Source of the DNA: Bacteroidota bacterium
Lineage (GTDB): Bacteria; Bacteroidota; Bacteroidia; Bacteroidales; FEN-979
Direction of reading: 5' to 3'
DNA length: 64,000 nucleotides
Assembly (NCBI GenBank): GCA_043810345.1
Contig: JBDROF010000006.1
Location: forward strand, 6,603 to 70,602
Position numbers and translations under genes: made by a program. Of this stretch, positions 62,472-64,000 are shown piece by piece; the first letter of the stretch is position 1; every line of letters begins with the position of its first letter. Under the pieces are notes generated by a model that worked only from the letters and a program-made list of their open reading frames with translations, had not been told where the DNA came from and did not search any database.

Positions 62472-63683
62472 ATGAAAAAATTCCCGTTACACTGGCAGAT
62501 CCTGGTTGCGCTTATCCTGGGGATCCTTTATGGCGCTTTCCTGGGTGAATATACCGGCTACGTGGAATGGATGGGGGATATCTTCCTGCGGGCGCTCAAG
62601 ATGATCATTATTCCGCTCATCCTGAGTTCTATTATCTCCGGGGTCACCAATATCGGAACCGCAGAGAACCTGGGGCGGTTGGGGCTCAAGACCATCGTTT
62701 ATTACCTCTCTACCAGCATCTTGGCCATTGTTACCGGCTTGTTGTTTGTAAACCTGTTGCAACCTGGTGTAGGGGCCGACCTGGGGTTCAGCAAAGAGAT
62801 AAAAGAGCTGGGCATCATGCAGCAGTCGTTCGGACAGATCCTCATCAACATCATTCCGACTAATATCTTTGAATCCTTCACCCAGGCAAGCATGCTCTCC
62901 ATCATCTTTTTTGCCATCCTGTTTGGATTCTTCATCAATTTAACAAGCGTGAAGTCGAGGACGTTCCTGACGACCTTCTTTGATGCGACCTTTGAAGTGA
63001 TGATGAAGATCACCATGTTCATCATCCGTTTTGCACCCTTCGGCGTGTTCGGGATCGTAGCTTACCAGGTCAGCCAATCGGAGAGCATTTCGGTGCTAGC
63101 CCAAAGCATGGGTCTTTACATGCTGACGGTTTTACTGGGGCTTGCGGTTCACACATTGATCACCCTGCCATTGATCACCCGGTTTGTCGGGCATGTGAAC
63201 CCGTTAAAACATTTCAAGGCAGTGACCACTCCACTGCTCACCGCCTTCTCCACCTCCTCCTCCTCAGCCACCCTCCCACTTACCATCCAGGCAGTGGAAA
63301 ACAACAGCGGAGTCTCCAACAAGATCTCCTCCTTCACTCTCCCCCTGGGAGCCACCATCAACATGGATGGGACAGCACTCTACGAATGTGTAGCCGCGAT
63401 GTTCATTGCGCAAGCCTACGGAATTGAACTTGACTTTGTTCAACAGCTTATCGTGGTGGTTACAGCCCTCCTGGCTTCCATTGGCGCAGCAGGGATCCCG
63501 ATGGCCGGACTGGTGATGATCTCGATCATACTGACAGCCGTGGGACTGCCGCTGGAAGGATTGGGGCTGATCCTGGCAGTGGACCGGATCCTGGATATGT
63601 TCCGCACTGCCACCAATGTGTGGAGTGATACCTGTGGTGCCGTAGTCATTGCAAAATCAGAAGGGGAAACCCTGGTGGTATGA
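62472..63683 (+). CDS. dicarboxylate/amino acid:cation symporter (DAACS/GltP family)
   Basis: FSTSSSSATLPL, GATINMDGTALYE and DRILDMFRTATNVWSD. Confidence 0.9.
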   Translation: MKKFPLHWQILVALILGILYGAFLGEYTGYVEWMGDIFLRALKMIIIPLILSSIISGVTNIGTAENLGRLGLKTIVYYLSTSILAIVTGLLFVNLLQPGVGADLGFSKEIKELGIMQQSFGQILINIIPTNIFESFTQASMLSIIFFAILFGFFINLTSVKSRTFLTTFFDATFEVMMKITMFIIRFAPFGVFGIVAYQVSQSESISVLAQSMGLYMLTVLLGLAVHTLITLPLITRFVGHVNPLKHFKAVTTPLLTAFSTSSSSATLPLTIQAVENNSGVSNKISSFTLPLGATINMDGTALYECVAAMFIAQAYGIELDFVQQLIVVVTALLASIGAAGIPMAGLVMISIILTAVGLPLEGLGLILAVDRILDMFRTATNVWSDTCGAVVIAKSEGETLVV

Positions 63684-63768
63684 TTCACATACTTCCCTGC
63701 CACTTTTCTTGATAAAATCCATCCATTTTCCGAAAATAAGTGGTACCTTGCAGATAAACTTTCACAAA

Positions 63769-63966
63769 ATGAAGCTCGATAAATTTGAAAACAGGCACTA
63801 TCTGTTTAACTATCAGAAGGCTATTCCCAAAGAGAAGCAGGAGAATGGGTCAACCAAGGATAAGTTTCCCGTGGTTCTTGACGACGGGAAGACAATCATC
63901 TTTATATCCGACAAAAAGAAGAAACAAGAGGTCATCGAAAGGTATAAAAACAGGTTGAACCATTAG
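63769..63966 (+). CDS. hypothetical small protein
   Basis: 65 aa from the first ATG (MKLDKFENRHY...). The longer track ORF overlaps the symporter gene. I recognise no motif. Confidence 0.35.
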   Translation: MKLDKFENRHYLFNYQKAIPKEKQENGSTKDKFPVVLDDGKTIIFISDKKKKQEVIERYKNRLNH

Positions 63967-64000
63967 ATTCTGCCGAACACTTTTCAACCAATACTTTTCT

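Noticed and set aside
63741-63752. TGGTAC-C-TTGCA upstream of the small ORF at 63769, as a sigma-54 promoter.
   Set aside because: Only 1 nt separates the two elements instead of 5, so the GG-to-GC distance is wrong. The same applies to TGGTTAATTTTGC at 60266-60278, where GG-to-GC is 9 instead of 11.
1-64000. Prophage, transposon, integron or defence island (looked for integrase, transposase, Cas, restriction-modification and abortive-infection genes).
   Set aside because: I recognised no integrase, transposase, recombinase or phage structural motifs in any frame. The Fic protein and the nucleotidyltransferase-fold protein are isolated single genes without partner genes, so I do not call a defence system.

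Overview
This 64-kb chromosomal segment most likely comes from a Bacteroidota genome. Supporting signs are T9SS C-terminal sorting domains, TAnnTTTG -7 promoter boxes, DUF4492-cydAB, an LruC-domain protein and a GG-leader/radical-SAM peptide system. I call about 57 protein genes. The housekeeping genes are pyrF (5'-truncated), ilvE, htpG, cydAB, valS, trxA, dnaE, rpsP, rimM, gdhA and rsmE. A 7.6-kb same-strand block of PAS/GAF histidine kinases and receivers lies at 4.8-12.5 kb, and three of these genes are disrupted. Other content includes LemA-TPM-TPM, two large T9SS-secreted proteins, an MFS transporter, a decaying hdr-like Fe-S locus (31.7-34.9 kb) and BatA/DUF58/DUF4159 proteins. The main candidate system is at 48.4-62.4 kb: a compact RiPP island with a 69-aa double-glycine-leader, Cys-rich precursor. 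It also encodes a radical-SAM/SPASM maturase, a Cys-triad-less 'pseudo-rSAM' partner, a C39-peptidase ABC exporter, a stub HlyD-like protein, a MacB/FtsX-type ABC pair, and a histidine kinase plus sigma-54 enhancer-binding regulator. An identical regulatory module (tandem TGTC-N9-[T/G]ACA sites followed about 73-75 bp later by a -24/-12 sigma-54 promoter) sits in front of the precursor and in front of the neighbouring hybrid kinase. The second unusual layer is a set of short (mostly 7-bp) tandem-repeat arrays at more than 10 intergenic sites. Most abut stop codons, some form inverted pairs around gene cassettes, and related repeats are inserted in frame in htpG and valS. I saw no rRNA, tRNA, CRISPR array, transposase or integrase. 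Several 1-nt-deletion frameshifts may be assembly errors rather than biology. All family assignments come from motif reading and memory, not from searches.
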